A DNA stretch of 64,000 bases from Balanoglossus misakiensis (lineage: Eukaryota > Animalia > Hemichordata), in assembly GCA_040954595.2 (NCBI GenBank), contig CM082583.2, positions 10,925,656 through 10,989,655 on the forward strand, given 5' to 3'. Of this stretch, positions 1 through 14,800 are shown one piece after another. The translations under genes were made by a program, and so were the position numbers. Under the pieces are notes generated by a model. That model ran no database searches, was not told the origin of the DNA, and was given only the letters and a program-made list of their open reading frames with translations. Numbering within the stretch: the first letter of the stretch is position 1; every line of letters starts with the position of its first letter.

Positions 1-826
1 TACTTGTTTCTCGCAAAATAGCAGTGGGATGACACCCATTCAATAGAAGAGCATAACACTGACGTACAATTGACTTACGTTGTCATAATATTTGAGGCGT
101 GGTCACATTTACAACGGGATCTGCTACGTACATGTTGCTTACTCAAAATGATTGAGAGCAGTTTTCGGTACAGTAATTAATATTTGTACATCCTCCACCC
201 TCAATAAACTGGCCCAGGGCCGGGCCGCAATAAAATTACAAAACGCGATAACATATGCCTGTTACATTGAATGTAAATGTATTCATATTTGTCGAGTTGA
301 CTCAGTAAATTTGCGAAATTCGGATACATCTGTCATCACTGTTTAAGAACGATGTTTTATGACCATCCAAAACAAGTCTTCAAGACGTTGTCGAGTGAGC
401 ATTCACAGAAGAAAGGACGAGTCTGCAATAGACACGGATATAGGTAAGTCTGCGGCCGATAAACCCACCATGGCATCTGGTTTTAAATGTCTTCATTCGA
501 TTGGCATTATTGGCACAATGAAAATGACAGCATCTTTCACCTTATAGGTCGCACTGTGCAACTTTCATTCTGTTTTTTTAAACAAAAGTCTCTCGTCTTT
601 ACCAACACCGAAAGTTATCACTCCGAGAATCTGTAAAGTTTTCTTTGAGAAAAAAAAACTTTTCAAGCTTAGAGAAGTTCTCTTTATTTGATAATCTAGC
701 GAACCCAAATGAAAACTGAGATCAGGGTATGTTTGCGATAGTATATGTCTTGCCTCCATGATAGTAAAGTACTCTAACGACTGTTATCTTGTTACAACTT
801 GTGAAATAATAGGTTTATGATTAAAA

Positions 827-2750
827 ATGGATCTAATGGATAGCAATACAGTGGCGGCGAATGTCACGAACGCCACGGCGAGTCCCGAGGACGAACTGAC
901 GGGCGAGCTGGGACTGGCGGACGCCATTTTGACGACAACGACGTTGGTTGTCATCATGCTGGGGATGGGATGTACACAGACTCTGCCAGAGTTATGGAAG
1001 ATCCTGAAAAGACCGTTCGGTATCATCATCGGCTTCATCGTCCAGTTCTTTCTCATGCCACTGGTCGGTTTTGGATTGGCGCACGCTTTCAATCTGTCCG
1101 ACGCACTGGCCATAAGCACCGTCATCATGACGTGTTGCCCAGGTGGTTCCATGTCCAATCTCTTCGCCTATTGGGCATTAGCAGATATTTCACTGAGGTA
1201 AGAACTTTAAAATGTCTCGGTTCTGTGGTGACTTTTCTCATTTTTGTTTTCAAATGGGCCCTTTGGATCCGGCAAAGAAGAACAATTATTTTCACAAACT
1301 TAAGGCTTCTTTGTCATTTCACTTTATCCTTGGTCAAAAGCAAGGGAAAGGTCACCACATGTGATGACGGCAACGTTTTTTGTCCAACCATGTGATTACT
1401 AGTATTTGTACGAGTAATCATTCCTGTGATGAGTGATTGTGATTGCGAACTTTGCACACAGAGGCAGTTCAAGTGAAACCAGTCAACAAATATCGCCACT
1501 TTGAGCACTGTGATGCGCAGAAAATAAAAACAGAAACTGCAGTAACTGGTATTGAGACTGCATACAAAGTTTCCATGCCAACGCCAATACAGAACCGCAA
1601 GCAGTCTGGCATATCTGATTGAAACCTCGTTGTTAAATAAGTGGTATTTTTTGTTGCAGTATCTGCATGACTACGTGTTCAACTATTCTGGCGGTCGGTA
1701 TGATGCCCCTCTGTATATTCATGTACACGGGAAAATGGACAAACGAAGACACCCAAATCGCCATCCCTTATGTAAATGTGGCCACTTCTCTGGCCACCAT
1801 CTTGTTGCCGACAGCAGTTGGAATGTTGATAAACTGGAAATTCAAGAAAATCGCCAAGTATCTCACGCAGGTAAAGTTGCCTTTCATTGTCACTGCGACA
1901 ATACACCAAGTATAAGATAACATCCTCTGGAGCCCAGTGGCCACTACTGGTGAGAACATTTCATTGTGAACAGCGCCCCCAGTGGTATAACCCTATTTGT
2001 AACACAGCCCTTGTTTTCAGTGAGCCTGTAGATTGGACTATTCATAAAACTTCCCACCATTTAACAAAAAACAAGAGAACGAACACTGCATGCTTTACTG
2101 GGGTCAACTGTCTCTCTAATGAATGTATTTTTTCTGCTTCATTTTAGATTTGTAGCATCCTTGGTCTAATTGGCATATTTGGTGGTATTGCTCTCAGAGC
2201 ATATGCCAACCCTGAGGTGTACATCAGCAGCTGGGAAGCTTGGGTAGTTGCCGCCATCTTGCCACCCATTGGCTTCATCCTGGCGTTCCTCATAGCAACC
2301 AGCATCCATTACAGTTTCCAGAGAAGACGGACGGTGGGAATCGAGTGCGGTTGCCAGAACCTGTCCCTGGCACTGACCATCATCAATCTGTCCTTCCCAC
2401 CCGGACCCCTCCGTGCTGATATGCAGATCATCCCTTCCATCTACGGCCCTATCATGGGAGCTGAAGCCGGACTCTTTGTCTTGGCCTGCAGACTCTACTT
2501 CAAATTCTGCCAGCGAAAGACCAAAGTGGACGATCAGGAACTGGTCAAGGAAGCAACGATGTTGGACGAAGCTGATGGTGGTATGGCTGGAGGTTCCGGA
2601 GAAATGAAACTGAAGGAGATTGAAATGAATGGGCACACCAATACGGCAGTTGACACTTCTGAGGAGAAAAAACCTGATGAAACTGTCATTCAGGATTTGG
2701 AAGACAAGACGGTTGAAGAAACTAATGGAGAAGTCACATTTCACATTTGA
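827..2750 (+). CDS. SLC10-family sodium/bile acid cotransporter (SLC10A2/ASBT-like); coding exons 827-1197, 1660-1870, 2148-2750
   Basis: Family motifs MLGMGC, QFFLMPLVGF, CCPGGSMSNLFAYW, SICMTTCST and TVGIECGCQN. GT-AG junctions keep frame. Acidic C-terminal tail. Paralogue identity not resolvable. Confidence 0.9.
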
Positions 2751-3301
2751 ATGGACACCCTCTGCACGTTTGTCCTAGCATAATCCATCATGTAATTAAT
2801 CTCCTGGTTAACAAGGGACACAGATAATCTTTTGGGTACATCTATATTTCTTTATCAAAATAATACTAGGTAGTTTTAAAGTATTTATATTAATCAAACC
2901 AATAATACTAAGATCAAAAACTATAATTTGAAACACTGTTTCAAACTTCCAACAATAACCTTTGTGGGTTTGCATATCATTTTAATGTGATATTGGTGAT
3001 TTCCAACAAAAACCATGTGTAGACTTCATACCAATAGAAATGTAAATTAAATTGTATTTGAATAAAGGTACCACAGAGTCCAACAATGTTTTCGCTCTAC
3101 TGCAAATAGATCTATTTTTACCACACACCCACACACACATGTTTTGGTCAAAATTTGATAAAATCAATTCCTTTCATATTTTTAATTCAATTACAAAATC
3201 AAACAGCTGCATCTTATTATTCCTATCTCTTAAAAATATATCACAGTGCATAACATCATGAATTCGCACTGCAAAACTTCCTGAATTGAAGATTTGATTG
3301 G

Positions 3302-5468
3302 TCAGTCATCATCAAATTTGATTTTCTTGCCACAGAATTTCACCATTGCTGATTCTTGCTGTCTTCTCCTTTTGCTGGCCTCCCAAGATGGATGGACATA
3401 CGTTGTTGGTGGTTTGCTTTTTGTGGCTTCCTTTTTCTCTTTTGGCTTCACAGTTGGTCGTTTTTCTTTCACTGCAATGAGGAAGATAAGTTGAATTATT
3501 TTCAGTGTTTTTGCCCCTTTGCACTATTGGCTTTCATTTTTGACAAGTGTGGCTTATAGATCAGATGGATTGAAATCGTTCACTATACCTGCAAGATCCA
3601 CTCTACATGGATTTAAAACTGGTTTTCTTTTGGCAATGTCATCAGCTGGCATTGGTCTCGTGTTCCTGAAGAGGTAAACAATACTAAATTAAAGTTTCTG
3701 GCTGGTGGTCATATCATGATCATATAACATAAATTACCAAATTTTCATTCAGACATCACATGTACAAAGGAAAAGGAAAGCATACTTTTTGTTGTTATTT
3801 CTCTGCTGTCCAGTCTCTCTTCCGTTGTCTTTTTTTGGCTCTCCACTCTCTTTGCGCATCCCTTTTCTGTCTGGTTGCTTCACTTTTCTCTCTGGTTGCT
3901 TCTTTTTTGTTGCTACGGCCGACAAACTTCCAATGAATGTCGACTTGAAAGCCATCCTTCCATGCATCCTGAAATCACTCGGTGTTTTCGGACCAGATGG
4001 GAGATCTGCTTTCTGATGGCTGTCTGTGTGTTTCCCTTCAGGTTCATTGTCAGAATCACCCAGTAGTGATTCGCGATTGCGTTTTGATACTTTGACATTT
4101 GAGTCCGCTTTTGCAATGGACAAATGTTTGTGTTTCACAGAGGAAAGTGGAGGTCCTTCTGCTTTGTTTCCCTTTTCGCTTAACGTTCTTTTTTTGCTGG
4201 TTCTTATGAACAAGTCACCAGAAGTATCCTCATGCTCTCCTACTTCCTCCTCCTCTTCATCATCACCATCATTAATATAGGATTCATTCTTGTTGTCATG
4301 GTTACCTTCGACTCCATCTCTTGTGTTGTCTTTCAGTACAGAATCTTCACTGACGTTGTCCACACTTCTTGTAACATTCAAATCATCACTGCTATTCTCT
4401 TCTTCATCACAAGATGAAGACCTATCATTTCTCTCCTCAGTACTTCTATTATCATCCTTATCACAGTTATCATTATCATCAATTTCATCAACATAACGTT
4501 CATTTTTCCATGGTCTTTGATGTTTACTGAAACTCCACTCTTGAAGAGATTGAAGTTCATGGTCTTCAAATGATTCTGCAAATCAGAGTGAGAAAAATGG
4601 GATTAAGCAATCATGGACTATGACAGTTCTGTGGGGAGGGAGGGGGTACATCTATGATCTACGTAATTAGAAACAACTAACCTTTAATTTTTTGGACAGA
4701 CTTCTTCACAATTTTATGACATACGACTCTAGCGAGGGCTCTCTCTTCCAATGATCCTGTGTCCTGTTAATGTGTGGTAAAACAACAGAAGGAAACCATA
4801 TCATATCATGTACTGTATATTCATTATGCTAGTAAAACAAGTGTCACTCTCAATTTGACGTCATGAGGGCAGCGCCACGCACAATCCTACCTTGTTCACA
4901 ATCTCAAAAGTTATGTCTTCTTTCAGTGCTCTTTTGGCGACACTGTCAAGATTCAAGTCTTTGATTATTTCAATCTCTTGTACCAGTCTGTTGGCTCTTC
5001 TCTCATTTTTGGCTTTCTGTTGATCATTTCCTCTGTACAGTAATGAAATATGAAATGATATGAGATGAGAGTACATTGTGGAATCCCATTAACCCTTTCA
5101 GAACCGTGGTTCAGTCCAAACCCATTGATTTCTATGATAAAGTTGTTCCATACCTTTTACTTGTGAGCCCTTTAGCATGTCTTGTGAGATGATTTATAAC
5201 AATTGCTTTCGTACGCTTGATGACCTGTTTCAAGCGAATGACCTGTAAATTTGTAAAATACATGTATACTGAAAATCATAATGCTATTTAAACCTGTTCA
5301 ATATAGTACATCAACGTTGTATGATTAGACAGTCTGTGTGTGTACATACTGCAACCTGGTAATGTATAGTCTATAGAGGTGTAGGTCATCTGAGCTGAGC
5401 CACATACAGTACACGGAAATATGTTTTCAAAGTTGTCCCACCTCATCGTTCAACTTGATATTAACCAT
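3302..5468 (-). CDS. SRFBP1: Serum response factor-binding protein 1 (BUD22 family); exons 5468-5442, 5242-5154, 5032-4891, 4763-4682, 4575-3786, 3665-3302
   Basis: N-terminus MVNIKLNDEVIRLKQVIKRTKAIVINHLTR, internal ERALARV, and the characteristic C-terminus HPSWEASKRRRQQESAMVKFCGKKIKFDDD*. Long acidic/basic low-complexity middle. Canonical splice sites. Confidence 0.88.
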
Positions 5469-5846
5469 GATGCCCAATCAATAACGCGCAGGTTCCAATC
5501 TGATGACAGCGGCGCTTCTAAGATGAAATATGCAACTTGTACATATCTGCACGTGTACGTAGGAGTTGCGGAAGTTGCTCTAACGTAAGCGGAAGTGATG
5601 CTACGGAGTCGACCACAAGGGGGCGGTTTGCAGATGAAACTTCGGAGTAACGCTTCGGGACCTATGCATCCTTCTTTCCAAATAGAAGTTGTTATAGACA
5701 CTTCTGGTTGCTGATTTCAACAACTGTAATTTCTATCAAATCTGGCGCTATCGAAACGTTTTCAAAGTGGGGGCTGTCAGTGGAATTTCGAGTCGCGTTT
5801 ATACAGTAAATGCTGCAAGGCCTAGGAGGAAATCCAAAATGGCGGC
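5469..5846. promoter_or_regulatory. Bidirectional promoter between SRFBP1 and RASA1
   Basis: Start codons are 370 bp apart head-to-head in CpG-rich DNA. Two GCGGAAGT ETS motifs (~5568, ~5589), a CCACAAGGGGGCGG CTCF-like motif (~5613), and a YY1-type CAAAATGGCGGC overlapping the RASA1 ATG. Confidence 0.7.
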
Positions 5847-8800
5847 GAACTGCCGTGCTTCGATAAACTCGCATCACTATATGCCGATAAATCGAAGCTC
5901 GGAAGAACTACAGGACCTTACTATCCATGATGAGTTTGATCCGTTTGAAGGGGGCTCAGCGAGCTTCGACGAGACCGTCGATATCAACTTGACAGCACCC
6001 CCAGAAAACGAGTAAGTAAACCACAAATCTTGTTCAACTTCAATCGTGTCACACACACAGCCTCGATCTATTGATATTAGGGCTGACATTCCCGCCCACA
6101 CACACTACGATGAAGGCAGGCAAACAGACTATATGTTTCATGGAGGTATGGAGTATTTGTCACACATCCCGCCGTGATCAAATCGACTTCATATTTACTG
6201 ACGTGTCACGTGAGCGCTTATTTACAAGATGCCCATCAGTAATATAAAACCGAAGAAGAAAAGCATTTGTTGGTTTCATTAAAAGTTGTTACAAAAATGA
6301 CGCTGGTTGACTTTCCGTCACCGGCGTTAGAGGTCACAGACACTTCCTGTGTAGACGTATTATCGGGTCACGGCTTTCATATTGTTACTTTGCTAATGAA
6401 TAGGCGTTGTGTTCTTTGAAGCGCTGACGAGACCTTCAACGGAAACTATGTTATTGTTGTTTATCAAATTGATGTGGGAGAGGCAGATAGCTCCGCCCAT
6501 AACTGTGACATCACATTCATTGATAGTTTACCCACCACACTCAGTCACACACTCACACACCTAGTTCACGGATAGTTTACTGAAGTACAACCGAGGGAAT
6601 AAGGACTAAAACAAGACCAAGTAGACCGAAGTTTTAGCCATGCCATGGGCTGTTTTACCCACTGACATTGACGATGACAGTTCTTGCTTGGACTGTATTG
6701 TAGCCGAGCTGAATATACATGTACCTCTGAAAGCAAGACAGAAATTCGCCGCCGTCAGAAGAAATAGAAAGTCATGGAGTGAATACTGGAATATTTGCTC
6801 ACATACCATGTCACTGTGCTGGATCGCTTTATACAAAAGTGTTGGTCAAAATAGGATTTATTCATATAATAAGATTTCACATTCCTTCAAAAATCATCAC
6901 AGGTAGGTTTATTTAGTGAACCTTGAACCCAGGTCTCATACTAGTCCAAGTAATAGTCAATTGTGAAAATTGAAGTTTTAAGTCGAACCAAGAAGATTAT
7001 TTTAATTTATTTATTTCCTGAGATGTACTATGGTACCCAGAAATTCCATAATTTATTCATATAATTACATTTTAGTATTGATAATAGTAGTGGTTAATTT
7101 TTCCAAATGACCAATGTTGTTTAAAAGCTTGTAATCACAGTATTTCAATACTCAGATTCCTGTCAAGAATGTGGTATTGTTACGGTCGGTTTTCGATTTT
7201 ATTCTCCAATTCCTTGAGCTGTGTGAACACTCACTGAGTTGTCGCCGGTCCTTTATGGCCCAATCTTGACATTGAACTCAATGCTGACATTGAAACTGAA
7301 CTAATAAAAGACCGGCATATGTGTAAGTTATTCCACATGGTCATGGAAGGTCACTGTTCAGTCGTCCATCCAGTCAGTATCTAGGTGTAGTCTTTATCAT
7401 TTGGTATCAATGCTTGTAATACAGTATTTGCCATACGGTGATTACTGTTGTCATGTTTGAAAAATGAGTGAGAAACACTCTTTTTTTTGAGGAAAAATGG
7501 GAGATGACCAATCGTTCTTCACACATAATTTATTGCCGACAGTGTAAAAGATTACCGTAGTATAGGAAATAAATTATTACAGTTATCAATAATCAAGAGG
7601 TGTGTACAGCTGGATGAATGAAGCATGTTACATCATACTTGTATGTATAGGGGTGACCTTGTGTGAGATTACTATGATTGGTAAGCTTGGAATTTGAACA
7701 GCCATTACTATGTAAGTCCTTCATTGTAATTCCTGCTCCACATGGTCACTTAAAAAGGGTCTAACTCTCAACTTGGACCACTGGATGACAGATAATGTAA
7801 TGATGTAATTTTCAGCTATCCTGGTAGTCAATTAGGAATGTACATTTAATGTGATCTGTCAAGACTTTTAGGGTAGTGATGTATGTGGGATCAGATCATG
7901 TGAAGTTCTGAGGCATGTCACATATGTGTGTCATCTTGTCTGCCAAATTTCCACATGAATGAGGGTCTAGACTCTATTCTTCACGGTCCTCATTTAATTG
8001 AAAATGGAGATGGTCCTTAATTTATACATGTAGGAAACTAGTATCTAAATGACATCAGTTTTCATGTTAAAATTGTTCCTATTATTATTGATGGGAGGTC
8101 AGTGAGATAAAGAATCCTGTTTTCAGCTATAATATAGAATTACTATCTTGAAGTTTGACTTTAATAAGTTACAGTGTCTGTTTCAAAGCTTTCAGTTTAT
8201 ATATAACTTAAAAGAGTTAGCTCTCTTTCAAAGTGTGTACCACCGATAATCTTTTAAATACATGTAGTCAAAATAGACCTTATTCTGACTAACCATGAAT
8301 GTGATTGACGTCATATCATGAATTAAAAATCCTTGGCCCTGCAAAATTCATCAGCCAATTCATACTTCTAAAAATAGACAATTATATCTGGCTAGCAGAT
8401 GTGTTTTCATTGCCAGAGGTAGTGTATACTGACTCCCACTCAAACTACCGGGTATGACCATTTCCCTCAAAGTTAAGTCAGACCACCCCACCCACATATA
8501 GCAAACATTACTGCTGTATGGTTCCTCTGTATGGAAACTCTTTCAGACCGAGTCATTAGTATTCCAGCTCCTATTTTTTAACTACCATGATCAGAAGAAT
8601 AATAATTTTTTTACAGCTCACATGTATTAAAAATAAATTATAGCTAGTTTTGAGGACATATGTAGTATGTCAGCACAGTATATTTGTACAAATGTTCCGA
8701 ATATTTCAATGAATGAGTAATTTTCACAGCTTGTAAATTTCTTGTGTCAGCTGGTTGTTTTTACCAGCTGTCGGTTAATTTACTGCATCCGTGATTATAT

Positions 8801-11800
8801 TTGAAAATAATGGAGTTCAGATTATTTTATGAATTGAATTACTGTGGATGATTGATCCTCCATGGTCATCCTGCATTTGGTAATTAATCTCATTTCTGTT
8901 TTGTCACTCACGTAGATGGTACCACGGCAAGCTTGATAGAGCTACATCAGAAGAGCGGTTATTGGCCACTGGACGATTTGGGAGCTATTTGATTCGAGAA
9001 AGTGATCGCAGACAAGGTTCCTATGTCTTATCCTTCTTAGGAAATACTGGAATTAATCATTTCAAGTGAGTATGTCATATCTTGGCTTTTGTTTTAAAAT
9101 AGGTTCAGTTATTGTTGCCTAGGTGACTCAACATTACTACATGGAAGATTCAATTCTTCATCAGATTGTGTTTCTGTCACTGAGTGATATTTTCTTCTTT
9201 TTCCATCAGGATTACAGCAGTTTGTGGTGATTATTACATTGGCAGTAGACAATTTGACAGCTTGTCTGGTTTAATCAGCTGGTATTCCAGTATTTCCTGC
9301 ATTCTGAAAGATGAAAAACTCTTATTTGCAGTACCGCCACCAGAGGTATGTATACGTAACCACTCATACTATAATCTGCATGGTAAATGTGAAAATGTCT
9401 ATGATAACCTTTTTGCAATTGCTCTGCAAAATATGATACAATGATAAAACTTGGTGATATTTTATTTTGTTTTGTTTGCTGCACAGCCTGTGGATGACAG
9501 AAGAAGAGTTGTCGCTATCCTGCCGTATACTAAGTTACCGGACACAGATGAACTCAGGTATGTTTGATCAAATTCGTACTTGTGCCCTGCTCCCAAACTC
9601 ACCAACAAATCCACCCTTTAAATATAACTTGCAAATGTTTCTTACTACAAACACACATTCTCTTTTTTATTGATTTGCAGTTTTGTGAAAGGTGAAGTAT
9701 TTACAGTACATAATGCACTGGTTGGTGGATGGCTATGGGTCACATCTCATGCTACAAACCAGAGTGGTCTGGTAATCAAAGATTTGGTGGAAGAAATTGT
9801 GAGTGGTCCATTTAACATCATCTTATTATTGCAATGTTAAACAGACTGGCTTTTACTTTTAGTTTCATCTGTGCATGAAATCTTTACACTTGGTGTTCTG
9901 TGTTCTCTTGGACTGACACTTGTTTTTCGTCTGTTTTTCTTCAGGATGGTCAGATGGACCCTCATGAAAACCAAGAGTAAGTTACTTAGTCTTTCCCTTG
10001 CCAATATTTCATGGATGTTTTGAAGTGTGTTTGTGTGTCATTTACCATCAGTTTGAATGAAATATGTATCTTCTCAGTGTACTTGTCTGATAGTGCCTGT
10101 GCATTTTCTTACAGGTGGTTTCATGGTGGTATTACCAAGCAAGAGGCTGTAGAGTTGCTCATGTCAGGTAAGTCTTTGCCTGTCAACTTGATGAAGATGA
10201 TCAAGAATGGTATAATTATGGGTGGCTTCATTTCAGTTTTTAATGCCATTATTGTCACTTCTACACGAGATGCAGTCATGGGAAAAATCAGTTTGACTGA
10301 AATTTGATCTTTCAGAGGGTGATGTCGGAAGTTTCCTTATTCGGACAAGTGACAAAAATCCAGGAGACTATTCAATGTCTTTCCGGACAGAGGACACTAT
10401 CCAGAGGTTTTGGATCCAGAAACAGGCCACGGAGTATGTTATGGGAGGACGATATTACAACAGGTACATTTACTTGACCTATTCTTCTATCCCAAAAAAC
10501 CTGCCTCTATAAGCCTGTAATGTTCCAAATTTGTGCGAGTAATTTTCTGTAGCCATTTCAAAATTATTGTCATTTAGAGGTGACATCCACTGCTGATGAT
10601 AAGCTACTCATTTCAGCTGTCATTTCATTGAACTTAAATCTGTTTCGTCAATTCGCTAAATATACCGTCTGAGAATTCATTGACTTTTTATTTGCAAGAA
10701 GCCCTAGCTGTTTTCTCCAAAGAGCCTCCTACCACCCACTCCCACTCCCACCCCCGACCACCACCACCACAATAGAAGGAACACTGTAGGTAATCACCTA
10801 AGAAGTCTTCACGTCATTGAGCAGAAGAGTTGATGTCAAGTGTAGAGTTGTCGTGACTAGAGACATCCGGAGTGTCGACACTAGAAAACTTATTTTCAGC
10901 ATCAAAACTCGACACTTAAAATGAATGGCGCATAACTATCAGAGTTCTGCACATGTAGCTTCTTGACTGAGTGAAAACCATCCCGGCCCCAGGTGTACAA
11001 GTGTGACACCTGAAAGTCCATTTTTTTCGCAGCTTGAGTGCGCTGTAGGCTGTACATTGAAATTGTACTTTTCTGCATTGCCCTTGCAGTCTTGAATCCA
11101 TCATTGAGCATTATCAGGAAGAAGAGCTGGTTGAAGGCTACACTCTCGGAAGACCAGTACCAGTCAAGGTAAAAAAACTCACCAAACACTAATAGCCGTT
11201 CCAGTCCATTTTGTGTGGTTCCATGTATTTCTCCTATCCAAGTTCCATGTACCGATGTGCATGTGAATTGTGAATTACTGAGTTGTTGCTGTGGCTGTAG
11301 ATTAAATTCTTCTGCATTAAAAGTAATACGTTTTGTTATATTTTCATTTGTCAGGCCAAGATTCAAACCAATGGTGGGTCAGTAATAGAAGTGGATTCCC
11401 GTGCCGTTTATGCAACAATTGTTGGTAGGAATACAGGATCCGAAATTCTGTCCAATAAGACAGAAGCCTCAGTAATGAAAGGGTACCTCAACAAGAAAAG
11501 TAAGTCCGTTTGCCAATTTCTGATTTTGTTTTAATTTATCACATAATTTCACCGTTTTATGAGCAGTTGTATACACTAAGTACTGTGAGAGAGTCATAAT
11601 AGTTGTAATTGGTAATATTACCAAAAAGGCAGGAAAGCTCTATTCTTTTATATAACTACAGTATATCGGTAGTTATCACAATTTGAAAACAGTTCTATTT
11701 TGTAAAACTTTGCAGGTGGTAGAACTAAGAAATGGAAAGTTTTATATTTTGTTTTAAATGGTGCTGAGCAGCAGCTTTACTTCTTTGAAAATGAAAAGGT

Positions 11801-14800
11801 TAGTCAATATTTCATGTTGTTTTTTTTTTAATGTTGTTCCTTGTCTTGAGATTCAATAGATGAGACCCCCCATAAGCACATCCATTCACGATCTCCTCAT
11901 AATTATAGTGTCTTCTGATAAGTGCAGCTTGGTGCAGAAAATCAGGAAGTCGTGCTTGGAAGTGCTTCTTCACGAAGCACATGGTTGATTCTCTCTCCCC
12001 CGCCCCCAACCAAAGAACTGTTACTGTTTATTCTTAGTGCTCAGCAAACTCCTTCAACCTCGGATTATTTCCTGCTTTCTCTTGAAAATAGCTTGCTTGT
12101 GATAAACACTCCAGTAATTACCGGTATACTACAGTGTAGACACCAGGACTGTTAATGACAGGATGTACATATTTTGTTTTACAGAGAACCAAACCAAAGG
12201 GACTTGTAGATTTAGTGTACAGCACTGTGTATTCTGTGCATGAAAGCTTGTTTGGCAGGTAAAAAATGGTCTTAAATATTCCTCTTGTGGTGACTTGAGT
12301 AGACTTAGTTTTACGTGTTTGTCGTTGAAATGTGATCAGTTGTTGAAATTTAATGCTTTCGTGTGTGTGTATTTTATTGACAGGCCAAATTGCTTCCAAG
12401 TTGTGTCCAAAGGTTTGGGAGATTTAAATATTTACTATTTATGTGCAGAGAGCAGTGAGAGTATGCAGGTAAGATTCCTTGAATACAAAATAGTCATTGA
12501 GTTTGAGTCGTTCTTTCGATTCTGACATACACATTCATGTATTACTTTGATGTCTACCTGGTGAGTACCACAGTCGCAGACTCGAGCTTTTCGAATCTTT
12601 TTTCAGGAATGGATGCAGACCATCAGACAGTATTGCAGCAGATCCCACCGACAGCACCACCACTCCAACATGGTCAAGAAAGGCGTCAAAGAATTGAAGA
12701 GCCTCACAGTACAGATCATGGATGCTCATAAACTTCCCATCAGACAAGCACCGCACCCATACTGTGTTCTTTCTCTTGATGATGTCAAAGTGGCCAGAAC
12801 ACAGGTGCAGACTGGACCTGATCCTATCTGGAATGAAGCTTTTACTTTAGAGTAAGTAATAATAATGCCTTTTTGGTGATGGCCAGTATATGTGTTGTGG
12901 TTTTGTTCGGTTTGAAGAATATTTATTATTTATGTATCTAATTTATTATGTATTAAAATATCACGAATAAATAAATATATAAAATTATGTATTCCTGAAT
13001 GACTCCATGGCATTCTTCATCAATTTCAGGGATTTAACAGACGACATAGAGTCTCTCAGCCTGAGTGTTTACAACAGGAATAAACGCACCAAGGATTCCG
13101 CGGTGTGTCAGATGATGATTCTGATCAACAAACTGCCCAACGGTCTGGCAGTGGAGGATTGGTATCCATTGGTGTCCCTGCAGCAGTGCAAGACAGACAT
13201 GGGTTCCATCAGGATCTGTGCCAGATACATGCAAGAAACCATTATGCCGGAAGAGGAGTACGGGATATTGAAGGAGGTAGGCCAAGAAACCGGGAATGAG
13301 CCACTTTCATGACCCCTATGTGACCTTTACATCCTGGTATTAGGAGTCCACCATTTTGAGCACAAACTCTGCTTCCAACGCATCCATGTCATCATTTACT
13401 GTATTCCTGTTCATGTGTTTTTTCAGTTGGTTTTCTCATCTGATCTGCAAACTATCTATGCACTGGAGGAGATCTGTGGCAAAAACAGGAGCCATGTAGC
13501 GTCAATTTTGTTGAAGTTATACCGCACTCAGCGAAGAGAAGTTAGTTTACTGAAAGCTTTGAACACTATAGAGATAGAAATGGAAGGTGAGTGTTCATGT
13601 GATACTTATCCATAGTTTTCCATGGTAAAGTTGGACTTCTATAGAGGGAACTGGGGGTGAAAGGGTTAAACAATTAAGTTCTTCGGAAGTCATGATTTAT
13701 TTTTCCTTAACTTGGCAGACGAACGGTCCACATTGTTTCGTGCCAACACAATAGCCACCACTCTAATGGATAAATACATGAAGATGACGGCTATACCCTT
13801 TGTGCATTATGCTGTGAAAGATGTTATACTAAGGATACTGGAATCCAAGCAGTCATGTGAGGTGAGTGAAGTTGCTAAGCAACCAGTCAAATCACCTTTG
13901 ACCTCTGAAGAGCAATCTGGTCTTTTAAACATTACTGTGTGTTTGCCATATCCTCTCATGATATTTTTGGACAACTGAACATCTATTGATTTTTGTTTTT
14001 GTGTCTTTGTCTCTTGCTAACACTAGTTGAATCCATTGAAGTTGGAAAAGGGAATGGACGTTAATGTAAACTGTGAACACCTTCTAACATATCTCAAGGA
14101 TCTTGCAGAATCAATTTTCAGCTCAGCTGATTTTTGTCCACTGTGAGTATATACGGTAGTCTCTATTTTTCAGTTATCTGAAGTCCATACTGAGCTTGAT
14201 GTGATTAAAAAGAGAATAAGCATGTACAACACATTGACTCTGTCTGTTGTATTTGTAACAGGCCTGTCAGGTATCTGTGTGGTTGTTTACAAAGTGATGT
14301 CAAGAGAAAATGGCCAGCCAATCAGGAAACACATTCCAGGGTTGTTGGGTGAGTTCATTCTTCCAATCCTCTCTCTCATTACTTCCCCACCACCAGCAGT
14401 GGACAAATCAATTGTGATACGAGTCTGCATAATCCCCCCCCCCCCCCACACACACACATATTTTTGAGGCATTCAAGTTTCCCCCACAGTATTACTACTA
14501 CAATCATTTTTTCATAAGGTGAATTGGTTTTAATCCTTTGGTTTTTGAAATGAGTGTTAACAGAGATATTCTTTTTTTTTTCAGTGGGTTTTTATTTCTA
14601 AGGTTGATATGCCCGGCCATACTCAACCCCAGACAATTTAACATAGTTTCAGGTGAGTCCTTTATCTTCACCTTTTTCGTAAAACCATTTCATAACCATT
14701 GTAAGCTTTCAACAGTGAAATCCCAATGCTGTTGAAAAATGACTGAATTATTATATTAGCTCAACCTTTAATACAAATACTTTCAAACCTGTTTTACAGA

